64,000 bases of DNA, taken from positions 10,321 through 74,320 of IMG/VR virus record IMGVR_UViG_3300007511_001396. One strand, written 5' to 3'. The DNA comes from a virus. Positions 8,732 to 16,392 of this stretch are shown here, in pieces; positions within the stretch are counted from its first letter, which is position 1, and each line of letters starts with the position of its first letter. Below the pieces are notes generated by a model. The model made no database searches, was not told where the DNA came from, and worked only from the letters and a program-made list of their open reading frames with translations. The position numbers and the translations under genes are program-made.

Positions 8732-9088
8732 ATGAAAGTTAAAAAAAATAAAAGATTAAGACCTTTAGAACATTTAAGTGTTTTAAAAAAACTTAGAAAA
8801 GAAGGAAAGATAGATGATAGCTTTCTGGTATGTTTAAATTCTTTAGAATTAGAAGATATAATAGCTATAAAGTTAGAATTATCAGCTAGACTATTAAATC
8901 ACAGACCTTATGGATTTGATATCTGGAAGAAAATACCAAAGATAGTTAAAGAATCAATATTAAAGTTTTCTATCTCTTCTACAGCTTCAAAGAAAGCTGC
9001 TGCAAGGTTTTTAGGCTTAACATCACCAGAATTTAATTCTTTATATAAGAACTACGATATACAGAAATATTTCGATAAAAACACATAA
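8732..9088 (+). CDS. Basic protein with C-terminal Fis-like helix-turn-helix
   Basis: SKKAAARFLGLTSPEFNSLYKNY resembles the Fis HTH pattern AA.xLG.s...l. Confidence 0.55.
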   Translation: MKVKKNKRLRPLEHLSVLKKLRKEGKIDDSFLVCLNSLELEDIIAIKLELSARLLNHRPYGFDIWKKIPKIVKESILKFSISSTASKKAAARFLGLTSPEFNSLYKNYDIQKYFDKNT

Positions 9089-9099
9089 TGGAGGTTATT

Positions 9100-10422
9100 A
9101 TGAAATGGAAAAGTTTAGCTTTATTAGCATTGCTAGGTTGCGAAGAGGGTAAAATCACTGGTGAAGCCTCCGATGTGGACGGAGCAGAGGACTCAGCTGA
9201 CGAAGGGGCCGAAGAGGAGGCTCCAAAGGCCGTCAACGGTACTATTTCGGGGACGGTGGAAGTTCAGCTTTATCAGTCTGGCGATGACGGCGAACGGGAG
9301 TATGTCTCTTGGGACGAAGCCACTGGGGGAGTTTATATCTTCGGTAGTATTTTTGTATCGAGCTATTTTGTGGACGAAGAAGGTTTTGAGCACTTTACTG
9401 GGGACGCAGTGGTCGAAAACCCCGAAGTCACACCTAACGAATACACCTTGGAAATGGGGCTAGACGACGCAAGAGGTGTTTATGTGTACTCTATCGTTGA
9501 TTACTGGCAGGACAGAATTATTGGCTCGTCAGAGCCTAAAGGCGTATACCCGCTAGAAGTTGATGTGGTTAACGGCGCGGACGTAACCGACATCGATATG
9601 AACATTCTCACCCCTATTTACAGCGGTGGCGGTGGTTGTGGCGGTAGCGGCGGTGGTGGTGGAGAAGGCTCTGGTCTAGCTAGCAGTATCGAGATCAGCG
9701 GGGACGCTTACATCACGATGTCTTACGCTGGCGGTTCAGCCGCAGCAATGATTATGAACAGCAACAACGAAGGGCCTTACTGGTACAACTGGTTTACACC
9801 AGAGAGCGCTGGTGGTGGAGCTGTTGGATCTTACGGAATGCGTACTTGCTCTGGATATGGCGAGATGCAGTTGGTGGCAGCTTGGGACTCTAATGGCAAC
9901 AATATGATTGATCCTACAGACCGCTGGGGTGCATTCGCTCCAACTCCAGACGTAGATGGAAATCCGATTGATATCCAATACGAAGACCTAGAAGGCTATG
10001 ATTTACAGATTCCTCTCGGTGATGGGCCTGGGTTAAATATGGTTCCATTTGTACGCTTAACGGGTGATGTACACATTCCTGATGCCACTTTTGACGAGCT
10101 ACCAAGCGGCACTACAGTTTACGTGGCGGCCTTAAAATACCGTCCAGACGGTGAGTTCTCTGTAGCAGAACTTGGTTCGGCCTACGACTTGGTAACCTAT
10201 GAGTGGCCTGAATTAACTGGTGAAACCCAAAAGGACTACGCGTTAACGGTTCCAGCCAACACGATTGCGTACTTGTGGGCATATGCTGACATGGATGGCA
10301 ACGGTGTTGTCAACGAGTCCGGTGAGCCAATCGCAAGTGGTGGAGACGAGAATGGAAAAGTCCCAACTGGTACAACGCCAACATCATCAAACGATTTAAG
10401 TTTGCACACTGCAAACGAATAA
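9100..10422 (+). CDS. Acidic lipoprotein (signal peptidase II lipobox) with three beta-rich modules and Ca-binding-like DxDGNG loops
   Basis: GGAGG RBS before ATG 9100; MKWKSLALLALLG-C lipobox; Gly linker; DSNGNNMID and DMDGNGVVN loops; visibly more GC-rich than neighbours. Confidence 0.75.
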   Translation: MKWKSLALLALLGCEEGKITGEASDVDGAEDSADEGAEEEAPKAVNGTISGTVEVQLYQSGDDGEREYVSWDEATGGVYIFGSIFVSSYFVDEEGFEHFTGDAVVENPEVTPNEYTLEMGLDDARGVYVYSIVDYWQDRIIGSSEPKGVYPLEVDVVNGADVTDIDMNILTPIYSGGGGCGGSGGGGGEGSGLASSIEISGDAYITMSYAGGSAAAMIMNSNNEGPYWYNWFTPESAGGGAVGSYGMRTCSGYGEMQLVAAWDSNGNNMIDPTDRWGAFAPTPDVDGNPIDIQYEDLEGYDLQIPLGDGPGLNMVPFVRLTGDVHIPDATFDELPSGTTVYVAALKYRPDGEFSVAELGSAYDLVTYEWPELTGETQKDYALTVPANTIAYLWAYADMDGNGVVNESGEPIASGGDENGKVPTGTTPTSSNDLSLHTANE

Positions 10423-10431
10423 ACAATATAA

Positions 10432-10795
10432 GGGGGCGCAATGGTTTCGACTAGGTAAGAGAAACGAATAGTGCAAGTAGTCTAACGAATAACAGACTTA
10501 AAATGTAGTTCAAAAAAATAATTGCTAATAACAATAATTTCTACAACGACGCTGCCTTAGCAGCATAGTAGGGAGGTGCTTAGAGCCTTCTATCCAATCT
10601 AAGCTAAATGCCTGATTCACATTGACGTTATAACGAATCAAAATGGTTACCCTACTTGTAGTAGGTGGACCCAGAGACGACATAAGGGTGGTTGAATACT
10701 GTCGTAACCTTTGCTGGGATTAGAAACCAGATAAACTTGTGAATGACTTGAAATGGAAATTATTTAGGACAGCGGTTCGACTCCGCTCGCTTCCA
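10432..10795 (+). ncRNA. ssrA: tmRNA (transfer-messenger RNA); tag ORF 10524-10568 encodes ANNNNFYNDAALAA*
   Basis: 5' GGGGGCGCAATGGTTTCGAC; T-arm AGCGG-TTCGACT-CCGCT (10771-10787); 3' acceptor strand CGCTTCC-A with G3.U; CTAGGTAA/TTATTTAG helix; resume codon GCT after ATAATT; tag ends in the canonical ALAA with tandem TAG stops. Confidence 0.93.
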
Positions 10796-10830
10796 ACTCC
10801 ACCAAAAAACCCGCCGTTTCCATTACTTTA

Positions 10831-10840
10831 AACTATTTAT
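10831..10840 (+). promoter_or_regulatory. Candidate phage late promoter AACTATTTAT
   Basis: Intergenic, just before the AAGGAG RBS of the endonuclease gene. Confidence 0.55.
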
Positions 10841-10852
10841 TATAAAGGAGTA

Positions 10853-11413
10853 ATGGAAATGGCCAAGGTTTTTATAAAGTGCGAAGTATGTGATTTAGAA
10901 TTTGAAAGAAAAAGGGGTGAGGTAAACAGAAGTAAGAGATTAGGTAGACCTCAATATTGCTCAAGGAGGTGTTCCGCAAAGGCGAACGAAGGATCTTTAG
11001 GAGAGCATTTAGGCTCGGGCAGACCAGAAAACCTAATAAAAGGAAACCGGAGAGACAAATACTCGGAGTTTAAATGGTTTATGAGGTGTATAAGACGAAG
11101 AAACAAAGAATACAACGTTGATTTAGAATTCCTAAAAAACTTATGGGAAGAACAATCAGGTATCTGTCCACTAACAGGTTGGAGCCTAATGTTGCCTAAA
11201 CACTCAAGCAAATGGAAAACAAAACAAGAAAAACAGTATCGGGCTAGTATCGATAGAATCGACAATTCGAAAGGATATACCAAAGGGAATATAAGGTTTA
11301 TTTCAGTCATGGCGAATTATTGTAAGAACGACTTTACAGATGAAGAGGTTAAACTGTTTTGTGAAGCTGTCGTTAAAAACGCCTCCACCTCGTCACCACC
11401 TCGTCACCACTAA
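10853..11413 (+). CDS. Free-standing HNH/His-Me-type (homing) endonuclease with N-terminal Zn finger
   Basis: CEVC...YCSRRC zinc motif; CPLTG...ASIDRIDNSKGYTKGNIRFISVMAN endonuclease signature; AAGGAG RBS (true start may be 10859); ACTATTTA motif upstream. Confidence 0.75.
   Translation: MEMAKVFIKCEVCDLEFERKRGEVNRSKRLGRPQYCSRRCSAKANEGSLGEHLGSGRPENLIKGNRRDKYSEFKWFMRCIRRRNKEYNVDLEFLKNLWEEQSGICPLTGWSLMLPKHSSKWKTKQEKQYRASIDRIDNSKGYTKGNIRFISVMANYCKNDFTDEEVKLFCEAVVKNASTSSPPRHH
11380..11410 (+). repeat. Copy of the canonical tmRNA 3' strand (CGCCTCCACC) followed by an 11-bp tandem duplication (TCGTCACCAC[C])
   Basis: cgcctccacc at 11380-11389, tcgtcaccacc at 11390-11400, tcgtcaccac at 11401-11410. 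Confidence 0.65.
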
Positions 11414-11486
11414 CAGGTGACAAAAAAGTCACACACAAACTGACGAATAAGATACTATTTACTTTAGTCAACGGAGACACGAGTGA

Positions 11487-11759
11487 ATGATTTCAGAAGA
11501 ACTATTTTTGCAAGCTGGATTAATAGGAGCAGCCCTTACTGGGTGTTTTTGGGTAATCGGTGTTCATATTTATAGGGCAATAATCTTTTCAATGTCGGCC
11601 ACTAGACAGAAAAAAATAGAAGAAATAAATTTAATAGTTCAAGATTTATTAGATGAAGCAACAAACACTAATCGATGTGATATAATTGATATTGAGGAAT
11701 GTGAAATAGAAATTGTTCCTCATAACAGAAAACAAATAAGGAAAAAAAATGACAGATAA
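11487..11759 (+). CDS. Hypothetical membrane protein
   Basis: N-terminal hydrophobic helix; GGAG RBS. Confidence 0.55.
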   Translation: MISEELFLQAGLIGAALTGCFWVIGVHIYRAIIFSMSATRQKKIEEINLIVQDLLDEATNTNRCDIIDIEECEIEIVPHNRKQIRKKNDR

Positions 11760-11928
11760 TAGCGAAATCAAAAATTGGAAGAACGTAGGGACATTTGATA
11801 CTTTTCAAGAAGCAAACGAATTACGAGATAATTTAAAAGATAGCTTTGGCGAAGACATTCAAGTAAAAATAAAACGCTGTGGTCATGCTGGTCTCAGATA
11901 CCAAGTTAAGACTTATTATGGGGCTTAA
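11749..11928 (+). CDS. Small hypothetical protein (59 aa, SPOR-like fold pattern; not in the ORF track)
   Basis: Manual translation MTDNSEIKNWKNVGTFDTFQEANELRDNLKDSFGEDIQVKIKRCGHAGLRYQVKTYYGA*; AAGGA RBS; stop abuts the next ATG. Confidence 0.6.
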   Translation: MTDNSEIKNWKNVGTFDTFQEANELRDNLKDSFGEDIQVKIKRCGHAGLRYQVKTYYGA

Positions 11929-12396
11929 ATGAAAGAAAAGAAAAACAAAACAGTAATGGTATCTGGCGGTATGGATCCTATACATTTTGGTCATGTGCGT
12001 ATGATCCAAGAGGCAGCCAAATACGGCGATGTCATTGTGGTCTTGAATTCAGATAAGTGGCTGTTTAGAAAAAAAGGCTTTGTTTTTATGAATTACGACC
12101 AAAGAGCCGAGATAGCCAACGCCATAAAAGGAGTCACAGTTGTATCAAAAGTAGACGACAAAGATAACACAGTTTGTGAAGCAATTGAACGCTTGAAACC
12201 AGATTATTTTGCAAATGGTGGAGACAGAGGGAGAACAAACACCCCAGAAGTAAATTTATGCAAAGAAATGGGTGTAGAATTGTTGTGGGGTATCGGTGGT
12301 AACAGTAAGGTTGCCAGTTCAAGCGATTTAGCGTCTAAGGCAAGAAATTCACAGCCACATCCACCCAAAGCCAAAAGAAAGGTATCAAAAAAGTAA
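11929..12396 (+). CDS. Cytidylyltransferase-family protein (TagD/RibL-like)
   Basis: VSGGMDPIHFGHVRMI (HxGH), NGGDR, KVASSSDL. Confidence 0.85.
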   Translation: MKEKKNKTVMVSGGMDPIHFGHVRMIQEAAKYGDVIVVLNSDKWLFRKKGFVFMNYDQRAEIANAIKGVTVVSKVDDKDNTVCEAIERLKPDYFANGGDRGRTNTPEVNLCKEMGVELLWGIGGNSKVASSSDLASKARNSQPHPPKAKRKVSKK

Positions 12397-12490
12397 TACT
12401 ATTGCTCTAGCGAAGGTATAGTTACAATAATGCTGGAGAAAACATTTGAAAGACATTGCAGGCACACATCCATTCCAGCAAGATATTAGA

Positions 12491-13003
12491 ATGAAAGCCT
12501 TAAAGTTGGACTCTTCTTATCGGCCAATAGAAATAATAGACGCAATAGAAGCTTTAGTTATGTGCTTAATGGGGAAAGCTCAAGCTGTTGAATCGTATGA
12601 TAGAGAAATACGATCTCCGAGTAAATCATTTAAAATACCAGCAGTCGTAGTTTTGAAGCGTTATATTAAGAAAAATAGTTTATCGGTAACTCCGAATAGA
12701 TTAAATGTTGTTTGGCGAGACCAAAATCAGTGTCAATATTGTGCGAAGAAATTTAAAACTTGTGATCTGACTATCGACCACATCTTGCCTAAGAGCCGAG
12801 GCGGCACAAAGTCTTGGACAAATCTTACGACAGCATGCAAAAAATGTAATCAAGCAAAGGGAAATAAAACACCAAGTGAATGTGGTATGTACCCTCTACG
12901 AAAGCCATCACAACCACAGTCTACAATAATGTTTTATTTGAAAAGGGGTGCTATAAATGATTTATGGCAAGACTACTTATGGGAAAAGGTTATGGCTGAA
13001 TGA
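12491..13003 (+). CDS. HNH endonuclease (McrA-like)
   Basis: LKLDSSYRPI N-terminus; CQYC...LTIDHILPKSRGG...WTNLTTACKKCNQAKG. Confidence 0.88.
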   Translation: MKALKLDSSYRPIEIIDAIEALVMCLMGKAQAVESYDREIRSPSKSFKIPAVVVLKRYIKKNSLSVTPNRLNVVWRDQNQCQYCAKKFKTCDLTIDHILPKSRGGTKSWTNLTTACKKCNQAKGNKTPSECGMYPLRKPSQPQSTIMFYLKRGAINDLWQDYLWEKVMAE

Positions 13004-14004
13004 TTATCACAACAGAAAGACTTAAACAAATAATAAAAGAAGAGGTCTCACAATATATTGTTGAAGGCGGCAATATTTTCAAAGGAGAGACCCAAAGCAT
13101 CCCAAGAGAATCAATTAGGCCAACACTGGAGCGTTATTATAAGATCCTCAAAGATTTATTTCCTCAGAAAGCTGAAGTGTTCGACAAATTTGAACCTGTT
13201 GGCTCTGTGGGTAAAAAACCGGTGTCTGGTGATATTGACATAGCTCTTGACGCCAGAGAGATGTTCGATGGTGGTGAAATAAACTCCGAAGAACTAATCA
13301 AGTGGAATGTAGACCCGCAACGCTGGGAAGAAGAGTTTCAAAAGATACACAAACGAGCTAGGACAGCATCAGAAAAAATGTCACGATGGAAAGCCTTTCT
13401 TAGATTAGTGGGAGAATACACAGAACAGAATGCTGAAATGATCAAGGTTGCTCCAGCTAAAGTAACTTATAATAATTTGTTTTCTTTATTCCCACAGTTT
13501 GATGTAGATGGTATTGAACAGCCATTTGGCGTTCAGATAGATTGGATGATTGGCGGCATCGAATGGTTGAAGTTTGCTTATCACTCAGACCCTCCAGTCG
13601 ATGGAGAGAACATTAAAGGCTTACACAGAACACAATTAATGTTGGCAATGTTTGGACAAAAGGGATATTCTTTCCAACATGGCCGTGGAGTAATAAACAA
13701 AGAGACAAAAGAAATTGTGGTTGACACCCCAGAAGAGGCATTAAATCTGTTAGGTAATTTATATCACACCCCCATCACAAGAGAACAAACAAACAATTAT
13801 CACAACCTTCATCAATACTTACTACAAAACGCGACAGAAAAAGAATACAATGATGTTATTGATTCTTATTTAAAGATTTTAGATTACACAAGGGCAGATA
13901 TCCCATTGGACATTCAAGATAAATGGATCGAAAACAAAGAAAGATTAAAACTAACAGGAAGATATCTTCCAGATGATTCAAATCTAAAGAGATATGCTAT
14001 TTAA
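13000..14004 (+). CDS. Pol-beta-superfamily nucleotidyltransferase with N-terminal LKQIIKEE...IVE leader
   Basis: VGSVGKKPVSGDIDIAL (GS...DxD) and a third Asp in VQIDWM. Confidence 0.65.
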   Translation: MIITTERLKQIIKEEVSQYIVEGGNIFKGETQSIPRESIRPTLERYYKILKDLFPQKAEVFDKFEPVGSVGKKPVSGDIDIALDAREMFDGGEINSEELIKWNVDPQRWEEEFQKIHKRARTASEKMSRWKAFLRLVGEYTEQNAEMIKVAPAKVTYNNLFSLFPQFDVDGIEQPFGVQIDWMIGGIEWLKFAYHSDPPVDGENIKGLHRTQLMLAMFGQKGYSFQHGRGVINKETKEIVVDTPEEALNLLGNLYHTPITREQTNNYHNLHQYLLQNATEKEYNDVIDSYLKILDYTRADIPLDIQDKWIENKERLKLTGRYLPDDSNLKRYAI

Positions 14005-14025
14005 GAATGACAACTCCGAGGTAAT

Positions 14026-15357
14026 ATGTCAGTAAAGAAAAACTATGTGTTAGATACAAGTGTTTATCTAACGGATTCCGATTCAATTAATAAATTTAAC
14101 AATCACGATATCTTCATTCCACTGAAGGTGCTTGAAGAAATAGATAAACACAAAAAGCGACAAGACCAAGTTGGTATTAACGCTAGGCAGATTGTTCGTA
14201 CCCTAGATAGCATACGAGAAAAAGGAAATCTACAGAAGGGAGTGAGACTAGGAAAAGGTAAGGGTATTCTCAGAGTTGTTTCTTTTGAGAGCTTAAACAC
14301 TTCAGAGTTTCCAGCTGATTTAGATCTATCAGTTCCCGATCATGTTATCATAGCCACAGCACTTGCGATACAAGCAGAGAACCCAAAAAGAAAAATGGTT
14401 GTAGTATCACGTGACATCAATATGCGCGTTATTTGCGACTCACTTGGCCTACAAGCAGAAGACTATATTAGCGAGAAGGCTGTTGTTTCTTCAGAGCAAT
14501 TGTATCAAGGTATGGTAGTACATTTGGTTGATGATCAATTTGTAGATCGATTTTATGCCGGTGATGAACTTTATATCGATGAAGATGAAGCAAAAAGTCA
14601 ATGGTATCCTAATCAATATATTTTGATGGTGTCTAGTACCAATGAGAAGAAGAGTGCAATAGCACGCTTCTATAACCACCAGGAGCCTTTGAAAAAAGTA
14701 ATCCACTCCAAGATATCTGATTGGAAAATAAACTCAAGGAACAAGGAACAGGCGTTCGCTATTGACCTACTATTAGACCCTACAGTTAAGTTAGTATCAT
14801 TGGTTGGTAAAGCTGGTAGTGGAAAAACTTTAATAGCATTAGCATGTGGGTTACAACAAGTATTAAATGCCGGCGACAACGACTATGATCGTCTCATAGT
14901 TGCTCGACCAGTCCAACCCCTTGGCAAAGATATCGGTTTTCTACCAGGTGATGTCAATGAAAAGATGCTCCCTTGGTTGATGCCTATTCAAGATAATCTT
15001 AAATTCTTAATGGGCGGCAAGACCCCACTTGAGATGTATATGGACAAAGGTAAGATAGAGATTGAGCCATTGACTTATATCCGTGGTCGCTCAATAGCAA
15101 ATGCATTCATTGTCATTGATGAAACACAGAATTTAACAATGCATGAGATAAAAACAATCATAACCAGAATAGGTGAAGGCTCGAAGATAGTTTTAACCGG
15201 AGACGTGGAACAAATAGATAATATCTATGTTAATGAAACATCAAATGGCCTTGCGCACGCTGTAGAAAAGTTCAAAGAGTACAGAATCGCTGGTCACGTT
15301 ACTTTCAAGAAGGGTGAACGCTCCGAGCTTGCTTCACTAGCGGCAAAGGTGTTATAA
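14026..15357 (+). CDS. phoH: PhoH-family protein (PIN + PhoH ATPase, PhoH2/YlaK type)
   Basis: YVLDTSVY PIN start; GKAGSGKT Walker A; GFLPG, YIRGRSI, IDETQN, TRIGEGSKIVLTGDVEQID. Confidence 0.95.
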   Translation: MSVKKNYVLDTSVYLTDSDSINKFNNHDIFIPLKVLEEIDKHKKRQDQVGINARQIVRTLDSIREKGNLQKGVRLGKGKGILRVVSFESLNTSEFPADLDLSVPDHVIIATALAIQAENPKRKMVVVSRDINMRVICDSLGLQAEDYISEKAVVSSEQLYQGMVVHLVDDQFVDRFYAGDELYIDEDEAKSQWYPNQYILMVSSTNEKKSAIARFYNHQEPLKKVIHSKISDWKINSRNKEQAFAIDLLLDPTVKLVSLVGKAGSGKTLIALACGLQQVLNAGDNDYDRLIVARPVQPLGKDIGFLPGDVNEKMLPWLMPIQDNLKFLMGGKTPLEMYMDKGKIEIEPLTYIRGRSIANAFIVIDETQNLTMHEIKTIITRIGEGSKIVLTGDVEQIDNIYVNETSNGLAHAVEKFKEYRIAGHVTFKKGERSELASLAAKVL

Positions 15358-15364
15358 TTTTTAT

Positions 15365-15393
15365 TTGACATTCTATTGACAACCTGTTATAAT
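15365..15393 (+). promoter_or_regulatory. Perfect sigma70 consensus promoter with extended -10
   Basis: TTGACA(15365-15370)-N17-TATAAT(15388-15393), with TG at 15385-15386. Confidence 0.85.
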
Positions 15394-15410
15394 ATTATTA
15401 CGGAGAGAAA

Positions 15411-15692
15411 ATGAACAAAGAAAAAATAGTTACCGAAGAACAAATACACACAAATCCTATGTTAGCGATGAGAGTTGAAAAAGACTCAGAACTTAAAGAG
15501 TATCTTGTGGAATATGTCGGTACAAAACTAAATAACGAAAACGTAACCGTCAATATGATAGCAGAAGTGTTGGCATCAGACTTTCCTGAATTTATGTTTT
15601 CATTCGCTGAAGAAAATTTCCTTCGCGGCTACCAATTAGGACTAGATGATGCTGAAATACTTAATAGAGACTCACAAGCAACAAATGAATGA
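15411..15692 (+). CDS. Hypothetical protein
   Basis: GGAG RBS directly after the promoter; 93 aa. Confidence 0.65.
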   Translation: MNKEKIVTEEQIHTNPMLAMRVEKDSELKEYLVEYVGTKLNNENVTVNMIAEVLASDFPEFMFSFAEENFLRGYQLGLDDAEILNRDSQATNE

Positions 15693-16338
15693 AATAACAG
15701 ATTTCTATACACCAACTGGGATACACGTTTACTTTAAAGATAAAATGGTAAATGATGAAATTGATTTAGAAAAGGTAATATCCAAAGTAGAGTCAATCGT
15801 TCCCATACATTGTTTAACAGAAGTTGAAATGATAATTGTTGGGTGGTTTGATGAATTTGAAGAGCGAAACCTAAGTGCATTTTATAAAGATTCAGCTTTG
15901 TATGTCTCCAATATTCAACAGAGTAACGAAGAACTTTATGAGGTCATAATTCATGAGATAGCCCACTCGCTAGAGGGAGATTATGGTTATGAGTTATATG
16001 GTGATGAGAAAATGAAAGATGAGTTCTTGAGGAAGAGAGAATATCTTCATGACATTCTCTGGAAGGCAGACTTTAAGGCCCCACTTTCGTTATTTATGGA
16101 AATAGAATATAATGAAGAATTTGATATGTTTTTGTTTGAAGATATTGGGTATGACAAATTAATAACCATTTTGTCAGGTGTCTTTATTAATGCATATGCT
16201 CCGACATCACTCAGAGAATATTTTGCTACAGGATTTGCTGATTATTTTATTGAACCAAATCACAAATTTCTTCAAAATGTGTCACCTTTGTTATATCAGA
16301 AAATAGAAAAAGTATTAAAAGAGCCAGATTTTACTTGA
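15646..16338 (+). CDS. Zincin metallopeptidase-like protein (anthrax-LF/MtfA-like HExxH...EYFA)
   Basis: IIHEIAHSLE and YAPTSLREYFA. Confidence 0.7.
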   Translation: MMLKYLIETHKQQMNEITDFYTPTGIHVYFKDKMVNDEIDLEKVISKVESIVPIHCLTEVEMIIVGWFDEFEERNLSAFYKDSALYVSNIQQSNEELYEVIIHEIAHSLEGDYGYELYGDEKMKDEFLRKREYLHDILWKADFKAPLSLFMEIEYNEEFDMFLFEDIGYDKLITILSGVFINAYAPTSLREYFATGFADYFIEPNHKFLQNVSPLLYQKIEKVLKEPDFT

Positions 16339-16363
16339 CAACTCAGGATAAGTAAGATATAAT
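16335..16363 (+). promoter_or_regulatory. Perfect sigma70 consensus promoter
   Basis: TTGACA(16335-16340)-N17-TATAAT(16358-16363), upstream of the nuclease and the glycan island. Confidence 0.85.
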
Positions 16364-16392
16364 ACAAAGCAAACCATAACAGAGGGGTTACT

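Noticed and set aside
9622-9672. GGT/GGC-rich repeat
   Set aside because: It simply encodes a Gly/Ser linker in the lipoprotein.
10765-10804. Separate tRNA gene (GGTTCGACTCC T-loop, CCA)
   Set aside because: It is the tRNA-like 3' domain of the tmRNA; there is no D or anticodon arm immediately upstream.
10796-11413. Group I intron within the tmRNA
   Set aside because: The T-arm and acceptor strand are already complete upstream, only ~55 nt of non-coding sequence precede the ORF, and no P/Q/R/S core is recognisable; a free-standing endonuclease fits better.
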